A stretch of 64,000 bases of DNA from contig DASXEY010000110.1 in NCBI GenBank assembly GCA_036489835.1, forward strand, positions 7,146 through 71,145. The letters run 5' to 3'. Every line of letters starts with the position of its first letter. Within the stretch, counting starts at the first letter, position 1. The stretch comes from Bryobacteraceae bacterium. Its GTDB lineage: Bacteria > Acidobacteriota > Terriglobia > Bryobacterales > Bryobacteraceae. Positions 37,619 through 47,315 of the stretch are shown here, piece after piece. Below the pieces are notes generated by a model. That model was not told the DNA's origin, did not search any database, and saw only the letters and a list, made by a program, of their open reading frames with translations. Made by a program: the position numbers and the translations under genes.

Positions 37619-38097
37619 GTGAGGTTCGGGTTGGGCTGGGCTGGGATTCGCACAGGATTGCCTCGGGACGGGCGCTGATCCTGGGAGGCGTGACCATCCC
37701 TTGGGAGTTTGGGCTCGACGGCCATTCGGACGCCGATATTCTTTCGCACGCCATCACCGATGCTCTATTGGGTGCGGCGGCGCTGGGCGATATCGGGATG
37801 CACTTTCCCGATACCGACCCGCGATGGAAGGGCGCTGCCAGCGATCAATTTCTGGCGCACGCCGTAGCACTGGTCCGCGAGCGGGGATTTACGATCGCCA
37901 ATGTGGATTCGACGGTGATTCTGGAACGGCCCAAGTTGAAAGATTATCGAATGGCGATTCGCGAGACGCTCGCGAAAACGCTGGGGATCGAAGCCGATTG
38001 CGTGTCGGTGAAATTCAAAACCGCGGAAGGCGTCGGGCCGGTGGGCGAAGGCCGGTCGGGCGAGGCGCAGGCGGTGGTTACTCTTCAACGTCTGTAA
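37615..38097 (+). CDS. ispF: 2-C-methyl-D-erythritol 2,4-cyclodiphosphate synthase
   Basis: GTGA overlap with ispD. VGLGWDSHR...GHSDADILSHAITDALLGAAALGDIG is the IspF signature. Confidence 0.95.
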   Translation: MSEVRVGLGWDSHRIASGRALILGGVTIPWEFGLDGHSDADILSHAITDALLGAAALGDIGMHFPDTDPRWKGAASDQFLAHAVALVRERGFTIANVDSTVILERPKLKDYRMAIRETLAKTLGIEADCVSVKFKTAEGVGPVGEGRSGEAQAVVTLQRL

Positions 38098-38107
38098 TTT
38101 TGTTAGC

Positions 38108-38914
38108 TTGAGGATGGTGAGACTGATTTTTGTCTTCGCATTTGCCGCAGCCCTGAGCTACGGCGCTGCCCCATCGACTTCTTTAGACGACGCGTACCGG
38201 GACATGTACAACCTGCAATTCGACTCGGCGCACCAGGCCATTCACGAATGGGAGCGGGCGCATCCCAGCAGTCCTTTGGGTCCCGCAGCGGATGCGGCCG
38301 CGCATCTTTTCGCGGAGTTTGAACGGCTGCATATCCTGCAATCGGAATTCTTCGCCCAAGACTCGAATTTCCTGAGCCAGCATCAGCTCGCTCCCGACCC
38401 GCAACGGAAGCAAGATTTCGATCAAGCCTTGGATCAGACCAGGAAGCTTGCGTCGTCGGCCCCGGCGTCGGATCCCGATGCGCTGTTCGCGGAGGTTCTG
38501 GCCTCCGGTCTCAATTCCGACTACCTGGCGTTGATCGCAAAACGGAATCTGGCTGCGCTGAGCGAAACGAAAGTTGCCCGCGCTGCGGCGGACAAGCTGC
38601 TGGCCGAGCGGCCCGACTATTACGACGCCTATGTCGCCGTCGGCCTCGAGAATTATCTGCTCAGTTTGAAGGCGGCTCCGGTTCGCTGGCTGCTGCGGCT
38701 GGGCGGATCGAAGACAGATAAGGATGAAGGGATCCAAAACCTGCGCGTGGTCGCGGAAAAAGGCCACTATCTGCTGCCCTTCGCGCGGCTGCTGCTGGCC
38801 GTGGCTGCGGTGCGGGATAAGGATCGCGAGGGCGCCAAGCGCCAACTGGGATGGCTGGCGGCGCAATTTCCGTCGAACCATCTGTTCCGCGAGGAGCTTG
38901 CCAAGGTCCAATAG
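38108..38914 (+). CDS. secreted hypothetical protein (helical, TPR-like)
   Basis: 268-aa ORF with signal-like VRLIFVFAFAAALSYGA. The start is uncertain (TTG 38108, ATG 38114 or GTG 38117). Confidence 0.6.
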   Translation: MRMVRLIFVFAFAAALSYGAAPSTSLDDAYRDMYNLQFDSAHQAIHEWERAHPSSPLGPAADAAAHLFAEFERLHILQSEFFAQDSNFLSQHQLAPDPQRKQDFDQALDQTRKLASSAPASDPDALFAEVLASGLNSDYLALIAKRNLAALSETKVARAAADKLLAERPDYYDAYVAVGLENYLLSLKAAPVRWLLRLGGSKTDKDEGIQNLRVVAEKGHYLLPFARLLLAVAAVRDKDREGAKRQLGWLAAQFPSNHLFREELAKVQ

Positions 38915-38947
38915 GACGCCGGACCCCCTCAGCTCATTCAGCAAATC

Positions 38948-39997
38948 ATGCGAATCCTCTCCGCCGCGAGCGCCTTCCCCCCGCACTACTATCCGCAGAC
39001 CGTATTACGCGATGCGCTGAAAATGTTCTGGGGGCCGAGACTGGAGAACCCGCGTTTATTGGACCGGCTCTGGTCCAACTGCGGAGTGGACGGGCGGTAT
39101 CTGGTCCGGCCGATGGAAGAATATCCGGCGATCGATACGTGGGGCAAGGCCAACGACATCTGGATTCAGGCCGCGGAAGAACTGGGATCGGAGGCGATTT
39201 GCCGCGCTCTGGCTGGGGCTGGGCGGAGTGTGGCCGATGTTGGCGCGCTCTTTTTCATCTCCATCACCGGAGTTTCAAGTCCCTCCATCGACGCGCGATT
39301 GGTGAACCGCATGGGCTTGCCGCGGAACATACGGCGCATCCCGATCTTCGGTCTGGGGTGCGTAGGCGGGGCAGCGGGGATTGCCCGCGCCGCCGACTAC
39401 GTTCGCGCCTATCCGGATCAGATCGCGGTCCTGCTTTCGGTGGAGCTTTGCTCGCTGACCATGCAGCACGACGATCTTTCGATCGCCAACCAGATCTCCG
39501 CGGCGTTGTTCGGGGACGGAGCGGCGGCGGTGGTGATCGGCGGGGAGCGCGTGGAGGGCTCGGGACCAAGAATCGTGGATACGCGCTCGTCTTTTTATCC
39601 CGACACTGAGGATGTGATGGGCTGGGCGATTTCCGAACAAGGCTTCAGGATCGTGTTGTCGCCCGAGGTTCCCGATGTGATTCGAGAGCATCTGGGCCGC
39701 GACGCGGACGAATTCCTGGGGCTGCACGGCCTGACTCGCGGCGACATCGGGTCGTGGGTTCTGCATACGGGCGGCCCGAAAATTCTGGAAGCGACGCAGG
39801 AGGCGCTGGGGATTCCGGAAACGGCAATCGGGGCGTCGTGGGATTTATTGCGGCGGACGGGCAATCTTTCTTCGGCATCGGTTCTGCTGGTTTTAGAGGA
39901 GACTCTGGCGCATCGCCGGCCGGCTCCGGAGACGTGGGGCATCCTGGCGGCGATGGGACCCGGATTCTGTTCCGAACTGGTTTTATTGCGTTGGTGA
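38948..39997 (+). CDS. type III polyketide synthase (chalcone/stilbene synthase family)
   Basis: 349 aa. Catalytic Cys in IFGLGCVGGAAG, His in LHTGGPKIL, Asn in GNLSSASVL, and C-terminal MGPGF. Confidence 0.9.
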   Translation: MRILSAASAFPPHYYPQTVLRDALKMFWGPRLENPRLLDRLWSNCGVDGRYLVRPMEEYPAIDTWGKANDIWIQAAEELGSEAICRALAGAGRSVADVGALFFISITGVSSPSIDARLVNRMGLPRNIRRIPIFGLGCVGGAAGIARAADYVRAYPDQIAVLLSVELCSLTMQHDDLSIANQISAALFGDGAAAVVIGGERVEGSGPRIVDTRSSFYPDTEDVMGWAISEQGFRIVLSPEVPDVIREHLGRDADEFLGLHGLTRGDIGSWVLHTGGPKILEATQEALGIPETAIGASWDLLRRTGNLSSASVLLVLEETLAHRRPAPETWGILAAMGPGFCSELVLLRW

Positions 39998-40109
39998 ACC
40001 AGGCCGAAGTTTTACGATATTTCCAACCAGCCCCAGGCACTGCTTCCATGCATGAGGGTGTGCTATATTCCGTCGACAAGGCTCCGGACCCTGCCGGTGA
40101 ACGTGAGCC

Positions 40110-41285
40110 TTGCATAAAAGCATGATCGAGATCGCTGTTATAGGGCTGGCCTTGCTGGCCTTCGCCGCGTTAGGTGTGAGCACGCTTTCCCGGCGATGGA
40201 ACAGGGATCGCTGTCGGCTGACGCGAGAGGTTTCCGACCTGACGACCCACGCCTTGGTGCTCCAGGAAGGCGGTTCTCAGGCCATCGTAAAATTCGAAAC
40301 CTCGGGACCCATCCGGATCTTCAATTCCGCGGCGGAAAAACTGTTCGGTTATTCCGCGCTGGAGATGCTGGGCCAGAGCATCGTGACGCTGGTGCCGGAG
40401 GCGCTGGCGGCTTCGCGGCTGGCTGAGACGCTGGAAATCCGCCGCAAGGATGGTTCGCACATACGCTTGCCGTTTCGTGCGGCAAAAATGAATTCGGGAA
40501 AGCTTTCCTATATTTATTTGTTTTTCGAGGACCATGCGAAGGAGGAATCCGGCGTTGGTGCGAGTTCACTCCAGTCCCTGTCACAGACTGCGAGGATCGT
40601 TGGGAGAATCGCCGGCCAATTCGAGTCCCTGTTAACGACCATCAGCGGGTATAGCGAACTCGCGTTGATGGCGACTCCGGAGAGCAGTCCCGTGCACCGG
40701 GATCTTCAAGAAATCGTGACGGCGAGCGAACGCGCTTCCAGCCTGACGCGGCATCTGGGGGCGTTCAGCGGAACGCAATTGATTCCGGTTGAACCGGTGG
40801 ACCTGAACCGGCTGGTGACGAACATGCAGACCCAGCTTCGCCAAGCGGTTCCCTGCCCTATCGACTTCGACCTTCAGCCGATGGATAAGGCTTCGCTCGC
40901 CAACGGGGAATATCTACAAGAGGTGATCCTGCTGCTGTGCGGGAGCGCTCGGGGGCGGATGCGGGACAACGATCGGCTGCAGGTTCGCACGGGGCGCTGC
41001 AATCTGACCAAGCCTCGTCTGGTTCAGAGCGGCGAGCTGAGGCCTGGGCCGTATGGAGTGCTGACGATTTCCGACTCCGGGCGGCCGTTGGACGCCGGCA
41101 TCAAGGAGCACCTGTTCGAACCGCTGTATCTGAGTCATGAGGATGTGGGGGTTGAGCTCTCACCCATCTACGGCATTGTTCACAGCCTGGGCGGAGGGAT
41201 CGACGTCGTCAGCGGGGACGACGCCGGGACCACGTTCGAAATCCTACTGCCGTGCGTGAGTTCGGCGCGGGTGGCGCACGCGTAG
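40110..41285 (+). CDS. membrane PAS-domain histidine-kinase-like protein with degenerate H-box and ATP-binding boxes
   Basis: TM segment, PAS block (IFNSAAEKLFGYSALEMLGQSI), DHp-like IAGQFESLLTTISGYSELAL with Gln where the phospho-His is expected, and a weak HATPase_c (DSGRPL, FEPLY). The start could be the ATG at 40122. Confidence 0.75.
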   Translation: MHKSMIEIAVIGLALLAFAALGVSTLSRRWNRDRCRLTREVSDLTTHALVLQEGGSQAIVKFETSGPIRIFNSAAEKLFGYSALEMLGQSIVTLVPEALAASRLAETLEIRRKDGSHIRLPFRAAKMNSGKLSYIYLFFEDHAKEESGVGASSLQSLSQTARIVGRIAGQFESLLTTISGYSELALMATPESSPVHRDLQEIVTASERASSLTRHLGAFSGTQLIPVEPVDLNRLVTNMQTQLRQAVPCPIDFDLQPMDKASLANGEYLQEVILLLCGSARGRMRDNDRLQVRTGRCNLTKPRLVQSGELRPGPYGVLTISDSGRPLDAGIKEHLFEPLYLSHEDVGVELSPIYGIVHSLGGGIDVVSGDDAGTTFEILLPCVSSARVAHA

Positions 41286-41309
41286 ATCACTGGGTTCTGT
41301 GAGAGAGGA

Positions 41310-44090
41310 TCAGAACCTGAGCTTGAGTTCGACCCATGCTCTTCTCGGGGCTCCGGGCGCGAAGAAAGTGGCGCTTTGCAGGGGATAATTGCCGGCTTGC
41401 GGCCCGCTGGTGTACTCCGGGAAGGGTCTGAAGCTGAGCGTGCCTGCGTTGGTGAACGGAGTGTTCTCGATCTGGCCCGCCGTGTAGTAATGCCGGTCGA
41501 ATAGATTATCGATCTGGCCGGCCAGTTGCAGGTGCTTGGCCAGATCGTAATGCGCGGCAAGGTTGAACACCGCGTACCCGGGCGTCACGCCGGGGCCCAA
41601 GTAGTAAACTCCATCGGCCCGGTATGCGTTGTTCTCATTGCCGCGCACGTAGGCACTGGAATTGGCGACCAATCCCAGATCGATCATAAATTTCGTCGTC
41701 GCCTGGAGGTCCACAAAAACCTTTCCGCTGGTTTTTGGAATCAGCGGAATGCGATTGCCGGGATGAACCGTGATTACTCCGCCGACTCCCGGGTAACCGG
41801 AAAGCGCGATGTCGCTGGAGCTATTGCCGGTGCCATCGAGCGTCTCCGTGCTCTGATAAGTAGCCGAGAGAAACGTGTAATCGAGGCCGCCGCTGATGCG
41901 TTTGAAGTGCCCGTCCAGGCTGGCCTGGACCCCTTCGCGCAGAGTCTTGGCGAAGTTTTGAAAATAGCCGCTGCCGGTTTCCTGCGACGCGACGAACAGA
42001 ATATCGTTGCGGTTCTCGGCTCGAAACGCGCCGAGGTCCCAATCGATGTGGAGCTGTTCGGGCAGCTTCCCGCGGAGGCCCGCCTCCCAGGTTGTGGTGA
42101 CCACCTGGCTAAGGGGCGGATCGCTGGATAACGCATTAGGAAGGCTGCAAGGATTATTGGGATCGGCACAGCCCAGTTCGATCGATGTCGGCGCGCGGTT
42201 CGCCTGGGAGTAATTTGCATACAGGTTGAAAATGCGGAAGGGATTGTAGGTAAATCCGGCCGAAGGATCAAATCGATTGTAGGTGTAATTGCCCGTAAGC
42301 GAGCCGGGGCCAGCGGCGGGGTTGAGGATGTCGTTATTGCGGATAGTGCTCCGGTTGAAGCGTCCGGCGACCGTGATGGTCACATTCTTGACTGGCGAAA
42401 ACGTATCGGTGGCGTAGATACTTCCGTTGGGCGTCACTCCGTGCAGATTGACGGCGGAGTTGACGGGCGAACCGTCCACGCTGGTGGAACCATCCTGCCA
42501 CGCCGGAACTCCGACAATCGCGCCGTCGGGGGTCAGATAGCCGTATTGCGTGTTCTGCGTGTAGTTGACGATGCCGCGGTCCAATACTCCGCCCACGGTT
42601 AACTGGTTGCGGCGGCCCCACAGAGTCGCAGTGGAGGTGAGTTGGCCGGATGCGCCAAATTCATTTTGCACTTCTCTCGAATAGATTGTGGCGGCATCGC
42701 AGGTCTCGTCGGGATCGGCGGAGAGCTGCGCATTGGCGATGCAAGCCAAACCAGGAAACGGCGTGTTAGACGCGTTCTCGCCGTTGGCGGTGAGCCCTAA
42801 ATAGCCGTCGGCTGTCAGCACGGTCCGGTCCGCGGAGTTGAGACGGTAAACCGGTCCACCGAACGCATCGTTGTTGGCGTTGCCGTTGACCTCCTCCGTG
42901 CGGATGTAGCGATACCAGGCGTTTCCGGAAAACGTGAGGGTGTTGCTGAAGCTGTGCTGCGCGATGAAATTGAACGACGGAGAACGATTGCCGGTGATGT
43001 CAGGAATGGTGTAGACGCTCGAATAATTGGCCTGCAGCAGGCGGTAATCCTGGATGCCATTGCCGGTCAGGGTGTTGTAGGAGAACGTGGAGGTCAGCGC
43101 GAAATTAGTCTTCTCCGTACGCCAGCCCAGCTTGACGAAGCCCTGGCGGACATCCGAGGGCGAATCGAAGCGCCAGCCGGATTCGTGGAATGCGTTGCCC
43201 GCGAGATACCAATTGAAGCCCGTGGCTTTGCCTCCGCCATATTCGGCGTCCACCGATTTCCGGTTGCTGCTGCCATAGAGAATTTGTCCGCTGAAACCGG
43301 GGAAACTGACGCCGTCCTTAGTGGTGACGGAGATGGCGCCGCCCAAGGTGTTGAGCCCGAACACGGGATTCGATCCGGGCATCAGCGCCATTTCGCCGAT
43401 GGCATTGCGCTCAATCAGATCCCAACTCACGACGTCGCCGAAGGGCTGATTCTGCCGCACGCCATCGACATAGACCGAAAGTCCCTCTGGAGTGCCCAGC
43501 AGCGGCGATGCGGTGAAGCCTCGGTAATTGACGTCGGGCTGGAAGGGGTTGTCCTGGGTCTCATTCACATACACGCCATTCATACGCCGGTTCATGAAAT
43601 CACCAAGGTCGACCGCGGAACTGTTCTGAATATCGGCTTGAGTCGCCACCTGGACTTGCGAAGGAATCTCAGCCAGCGGGAGATCGATTCCTTGGAGCGG
43701 AGTGGTCGCGACCACCTCCACTTTGGAAGACTGGGCGCTCACTTCCAGCGTGACGATTCGCGAGACGGGCGCCGCGGATTGCACGTCGATGGTCAGGGTC
43801 TGGGTGGTGAACCCAACTCTGGAAAGTTCCAGGCGATAGCGGCCGAACGGTAGATTTTCAATGCTGTATTCGCCTTGCGGATTGGTGCGAAAGGTGCGTT
43901 GGGAGGCGCCGGGCGCAAGGCTTTCCAACTTTCCGGAGGCCTCCAGCACTGCGCCGGCCGGGTCTTTGACCTCGACTGTGATCTGGCCCAAGGGCGCTTG
44001 CGCCTGCAACACAACAGCGCAAAGCAGTATCGTTACCGAGCGCAACGAGGGACACAGCTCCCGCCGAAGCGGTTTCCCGAATGGATTCAT
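41310..44090 (-). CDS. TonB-dependent receptor with carboxypeptidase-regulatory-like domain
   Basis: 926 aa. Signal peptide, CarboxypepD_reg-like block (ITVEVKDPAGAVLEA...GRYRLELSRVGF), plug and barrel motifs, terminal ELKLRF. Confidence 0.9.
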   Translation of the reverse strand: MNPFGKPLRRELCPSLRSVTILLCAVVLQAQAPLGQITVEVKDPAGAVLEASGKLESLAPGASQRTFRTNPQGEYSIENLPFGRYRLELSRVGFTTQTLTIDVQSAAPVSRIVTLEVSAQSSKVEVVATTPLQGIDLPLAEIPSQVQVATQADIQNSSAVDLGDFMNRRMNGVYVNETQDNPFQPDVNYRGFTASPLLGTPEGLSVYVDGVRQNQPFGDVVSWDLIERNAIGEMALMPGSNPVFGLNTLGGAISVTTKDGVSFPGFSGQILYGSSNRKSVDAEYGGGKATGFNWYLAGNAFHESGWRFDSPSDVRQGFVKLGWRTEKTNFALTSTFSYNTLTGNGIQDYRLLQANYSSVYTIPDITGNRSPSFNFIAQHSFSNTLTFSGNAWYRYIRTEEVNGNANNDAFGGPVYRLNSADRTVLTADGYLGLTANGENASNTPFPGLACIANAQLSADPDETCDAATIYSREVQNEFGASGQLTSTATLWGRRNQLTVGGVLDRGIVNYTQNTQYGYLTPDGAIVGVPAWQDGSTSVDGSPVNSAVNLHGVTPNGSIYATDTFSPVKNVTITVAGRFNRSTIRNNDILNPAAGPGSLTGNYTYNRFDPSAGFTYNPFRIFNLYANYSQANRAPTSIELGCADPNNPCSLPNALSSDPPLSQVVTTTWEAGLRGKLPEQLHIDWDLGAFRAENRNDILFVASQETGSGYFQNFAKTLREGVQASLDGHFKRISGGLDYTFLSATYQSTETLDGTGNSSSDIALSGYPGVGGVITVHPGNRIPLIPKTSGKVFVDLQATTKFMIDLGLVANSSAYVRGNENNAYRADGVYYLGPGVTPGYAVFNLAAHYDLAKHLQLAGQIDNLFDRHYYTAGQIENTPFTNAGTLSFRPFPEYTSGPQAGNYPLQSATFFAPGAPRRAWVELKLRF

Positions 44091-44206
44091 ATCCTGATAT
44101 TCCGGCAGGCGCGGTTTTGTTCACACAATTTTACAGGAAAGTTTCGGGCCCGGCCGGCGGGCCGATTCCGGTCCTTAAGAAGGGCCTCTCCGGCCCTGCG
44201 CCGCTG

Positions 44207-47200
44207 TCAAGCAGTTGCAGCGCGAACCATCTTCTCCATCGGCTGATCCGGAGCCGCTGAGATACTGTCCAACAAGCCAGCAAAGCGATCGAGAAACGCG
44301 CGGACTTTGGCGGGATCGTAGAGCCTGGCATCGAAGGTTAGCTCGCATTGGTGCTCCTCATTTTTCAAATCGAAGCTCAAGGTGAATCCCCACGGCATCG
44401 CTGCCGGTTGTTCTGGTTCGGAATCGACGCTCTTAAAGCGATGCGAGTGCACTGTCAGATCCAGGCCAGCGAACGTTGACGGCAGGACCAGCCCCGGGCC
44501 GCCGAAAATGACCTCGATCCCGGGCGGTTCCACACCGAGCGAACGCAAATCGTCCCAAACTTCTTCACGCGGAATCTGCGCGTGAGCTTGCGCTTCTACG
44601 ACTCGCTTGCGAACGATGGACAACCAATCGAGGAAGTTCCCTGCCCGGGGAAACTCCAAACAGATCGGCATCAAACGAGCGAAGTTTCCCTGCATGTTCT
44701 GCAACGCCAGGTTCGCGCGGCTGGTCATGTGCGTGGCGACCATGATGGAACTGCGCCCGGTGAACTCGGCCAGCAAGGCGGCGAACGCGGCCAAGCCGAT
44801 CACGTAATGCGTGGTGGACTCGCGGCGGGCGAGATCGGAGAGACGCTGCATGGTTGAGGCATCCAGGCTGCGCCAGAGCCATCCTTCAGAAGGCCGGACG
44901 TCTTCGCGGATCGGCGTGGAGCCGCGAAACGGAAGTTCCAGGCGGGGCGGTTGGTTCACGAGTGCGCTTCTCCACCATTCAACGAGATCGTTGCGGTATT
45001 TCCTTCCCTTCGCAAATACCTGGCGTTCCCACGCGGCGTAATCGCCATATTGCAGAGCGTGGCCGGGCAAGGTTTCGCCTTTGTACGCTGACTCTAACTC
45101 CTGGAAATATAATTTCCATGACCATGCATCGTAGAGAATGTGATGGCTGAGGCGGAGCAGCCAATGCTCGTCCGGAGCGATGCGGATCAGTTTGTGGCGC
45201 AACAAAGGTGCAAGGGTGAGGGCGAGGGATTCGCGGCTGTGCTCGCGCAACAGCGCGAGGCCGCGTTCGCGAGCGTCGGGATGACTGGAGAGATCGATCA
45301 GCGGCAATGCGACAGGCTCGGGCGGATGGATAAGCTGCACGGGGTTGCCATCGATGAGTGGAAACGTCGTCCGCAGGATTTGGTTGCGGCGGGCGACGCG
45401 GCTCATGGCTTCGCGCAAAGCATTGACATCCAAGCGGCCGTGCAGTCCGTAGCTGCGCGCGACGGTGTAGCCCCGGTTCGCCTCGGGGGTCTGCGAATAT
45501 CTCCAGATGCTTTCTTGCGTGAACGAGAGAGGGTGACAGGATCGTTGCGAAGCGGGCTCGATCGCGGGCAATGCCGAGGCGTGGGTACCGGCGAGCAACG
45601 TGTCAATTCTTACAGCCAGCTCACCGAGCTGAGGATGTTCGACAAAATCGAGCATGTTCAATTCGACACCGGCGGCGGTTTGGACGTTTGCTACAACCAG
45701 CGCAGCGGTCAGGGAATCGCCGCCTGAGTCGAAAAAGTTGGTTTGGCGTCCGGCTGCAGCGGCGCCGAAAACGTCCTGCCAGATGCCGGACAGCAGGTGT
45801 TCGGTAGGGGTCGTGAGGTCGGCTTGCGGGCGCGGAGCGGGCACAGCCACATTGAGCAATGCTGGCCGGTCGATCTTGCCATGTGGATTCAGCGGCAAGC
45901 TCTCCAGGAAAATGAATTCCGTGGGCACCATGTAATCGGGCACTGCCGACGCGAGCGCCTCTCGAAGAGACGCGCTTTGGAACGAGCGCGCCACCACGAA
46001 CGCGGCGAGGATCATGGTTCCGTTGGTCTGGGGTCGCGCACACACGGCGGCTGCATCGACGCCTGCAAGCGCCGCTATCGCGCTCTCGACCTCGGCGAGG
46101 TCGACTCCGTTGCCTCGAATCTTGACCATGTCGTCGCGACGGCCAATGCAATAGAGCGCGCCATCCGGTTCGCGACGGGCGAGATCGCCGGTCCGGAATG
46201 TGCGCGCTTCTTCGGAGATGCCTGGTGAGCTGAAACGCTCCGCCGTCAGCTTTTCATTCTTCCAGTAGCCCGGCGAGAGGAAGCGGCTGCGGACGACGAT
46301 CTCGCCATCCCATAACAGGATTTCGATTCCTTCCGCCGGCTTCCCTAGTGGAAGCCGGGCGCCAGCGGGGATGTCGCCGTGGGACAGGCGCAACTGCATC
46401 ATGTTCCCGGCCTCCGCCGAAGAATAGGAACAATAGGCGGCGCAGTCCTCGGGGAAGTATTTTGCCGATGCGGTAATGTCGGCCGTCAGGATCGGTTCGG
46501 CGCCTATCTTCACCAGCCGGATCAGCGGAAAGAAATCGCCTTCGCGCAGAGTCTTCAAGAAATGCCGGAAGGCCGAGGCGGCTGAGATGTAAATGGTGAT
46601 TCGATGCTGCCGCATCCATCCGGCGAGTCCGATGATTCCTCGGTCGGCGATCGGGAACGGGCACAGCGCCGCGCCGTTCAGCAGGGCACAAAACATGGTG
46701 GCCAGGGCCTGGCTGCCGCTTGGCGAAGCCAGAAGAAGAATGCGGTCCTCGGGCTGGACTTGCATTTCCGCATTGTGCCGGTGAACATTGTGCAGAAGAT
46801 TGCGATGGGTCTGCATGACCCACTTGGCACGGCCCGTAGAACCGGAGGTCTGGATCAAGAACGCTAATTCGGCGGGCGGTGCTGTTGAATGCGAAAGGGG
46901 CTCTTGTGGTAGCGTCGATATGTTGATTACCGGAATGCCCTGCTGGCCGACTTGGGCGGCGGTTTCGAAAGTCGCGGAATCGCAGGCGATCATTGCCGGT
47001 TCGACGTCCATGAGACTGGCGCGAAGTCGCGGTATCGGGTCGGACGCATTGAAGACAGCGGCGGTTTGACCGGCCTTGAGGACTCCCAGGATGGAACCGA
47101 TCAAGACTCCATCGAGCTTTTGCAAGATCGCGATGCGGCTTCCGTGGGCGTAGCGTCCACGCAATGTTGACGCAAGCCGGGTGGACCAGGCGTCTAATTC

Positions 47201-47299
47201 GGCGTAGGTGGGCTGCCATGCGCCCGACGCTATCGCCACACGCAGCGGGTAGCGCGCGGCCATCTTTTGAAATTGCGCCGGAATTGACGAATCGTACAT
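44207..47299 (-). CDS. single-module non-ribosomal peptide synthetase, A-T-C domain order
   Basis: Adenylation cores (TSGSTGRAKWV, FRTGDLA, GRRDDMVKIRG, NPHGKIDR), carrier motif FFDSGGDSL, and a C-terminal condensation domain with HHILYDAWS (HHxxxD). Confidence 0.9.
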   Translation of the reverse strand: MYDSSIPAQFQKMAARYPLRVAIASGAWQPTYAELDAWSTRLASTLRGRYAHGSRIAILQKLDGVLIGSILGVLKAGQTAAVFNASDPIPRLRASLMDVEPAMIACDSATFETAAQVGQQGIPVINISTLPQEPLSHSTAPPAELAFLIQTSGSTGRAKWVMQTHRNLLHNVHRHNAEMQVQPEDRILLLASPSGSQALATMFCALLNGAALCPFPIADRGIIGLAGWMRQHRITIYISAASAFRHFLKTLREGDFFPLIRLVKIGAEPILTADITASAKYFPEDCAAYCSYSSAEAGNMMQLRLSHGDIPAGARLPLGKPAEGIEILLWDGEIVVRSRFLSPGYWKNEKLTAERFSSPGISEEARTFRTGDLARREPDGALYCIGRRDDMVKIRGNGVDLAEVESAIAALAGVDAAAVCARPQTNGTMILAAFVVARSFQSASLREALASAVPDYMVPTEFIFLESLPLNPHGKIDRPALLNVAVPAPRPQADLTTPTEHLLSGIWQDVFGAAAAGRQTNFFDSGGDSLTAALVVANVQTAAGVELNMLDFVEHPQLGELAVRIDTLLAGTHASALPAIEPASQRSCHPLSFTQESIWRYSQTPEANRGYTVARSYGLHGRLDVNALREAMSRVARRNQILRTTFPLIDGNPVQLIHPPEPVALPLIDLSSHPDARERGLALLREHSRESLALTLAPLLRHKLIRIAPDEHWLLRLSHHILYDAWSWKLYFQELESAYKGETLPGHALQYGDYAAWERQVFAKGRKYRNDLVEWWRSALVNQPPRLELPFRGSTPIREDVRPSEGWLWRSLDASTMQRLSDLARRESTTHYVIGLAAFAALLAEFTGRSSIMVATHMTSRANLALQNMQGNFARLMPICLEFPRAGNFLDWLSIVRKRVVEAQAHAQIPREEVWDDLRSLGVEPPGIEVIFGGPGLVLPSTFAGLDLTVHSHRFKSVDSEPEQPAAMPWGFTLSFDLKNEEHQCELTFDARLYDPAKVRAFLDRFAGLLDSISAAPDQPMEKMVRAATA

Positions 47300-47315
47300 T
47301 TGTTTAATTTTGGGG

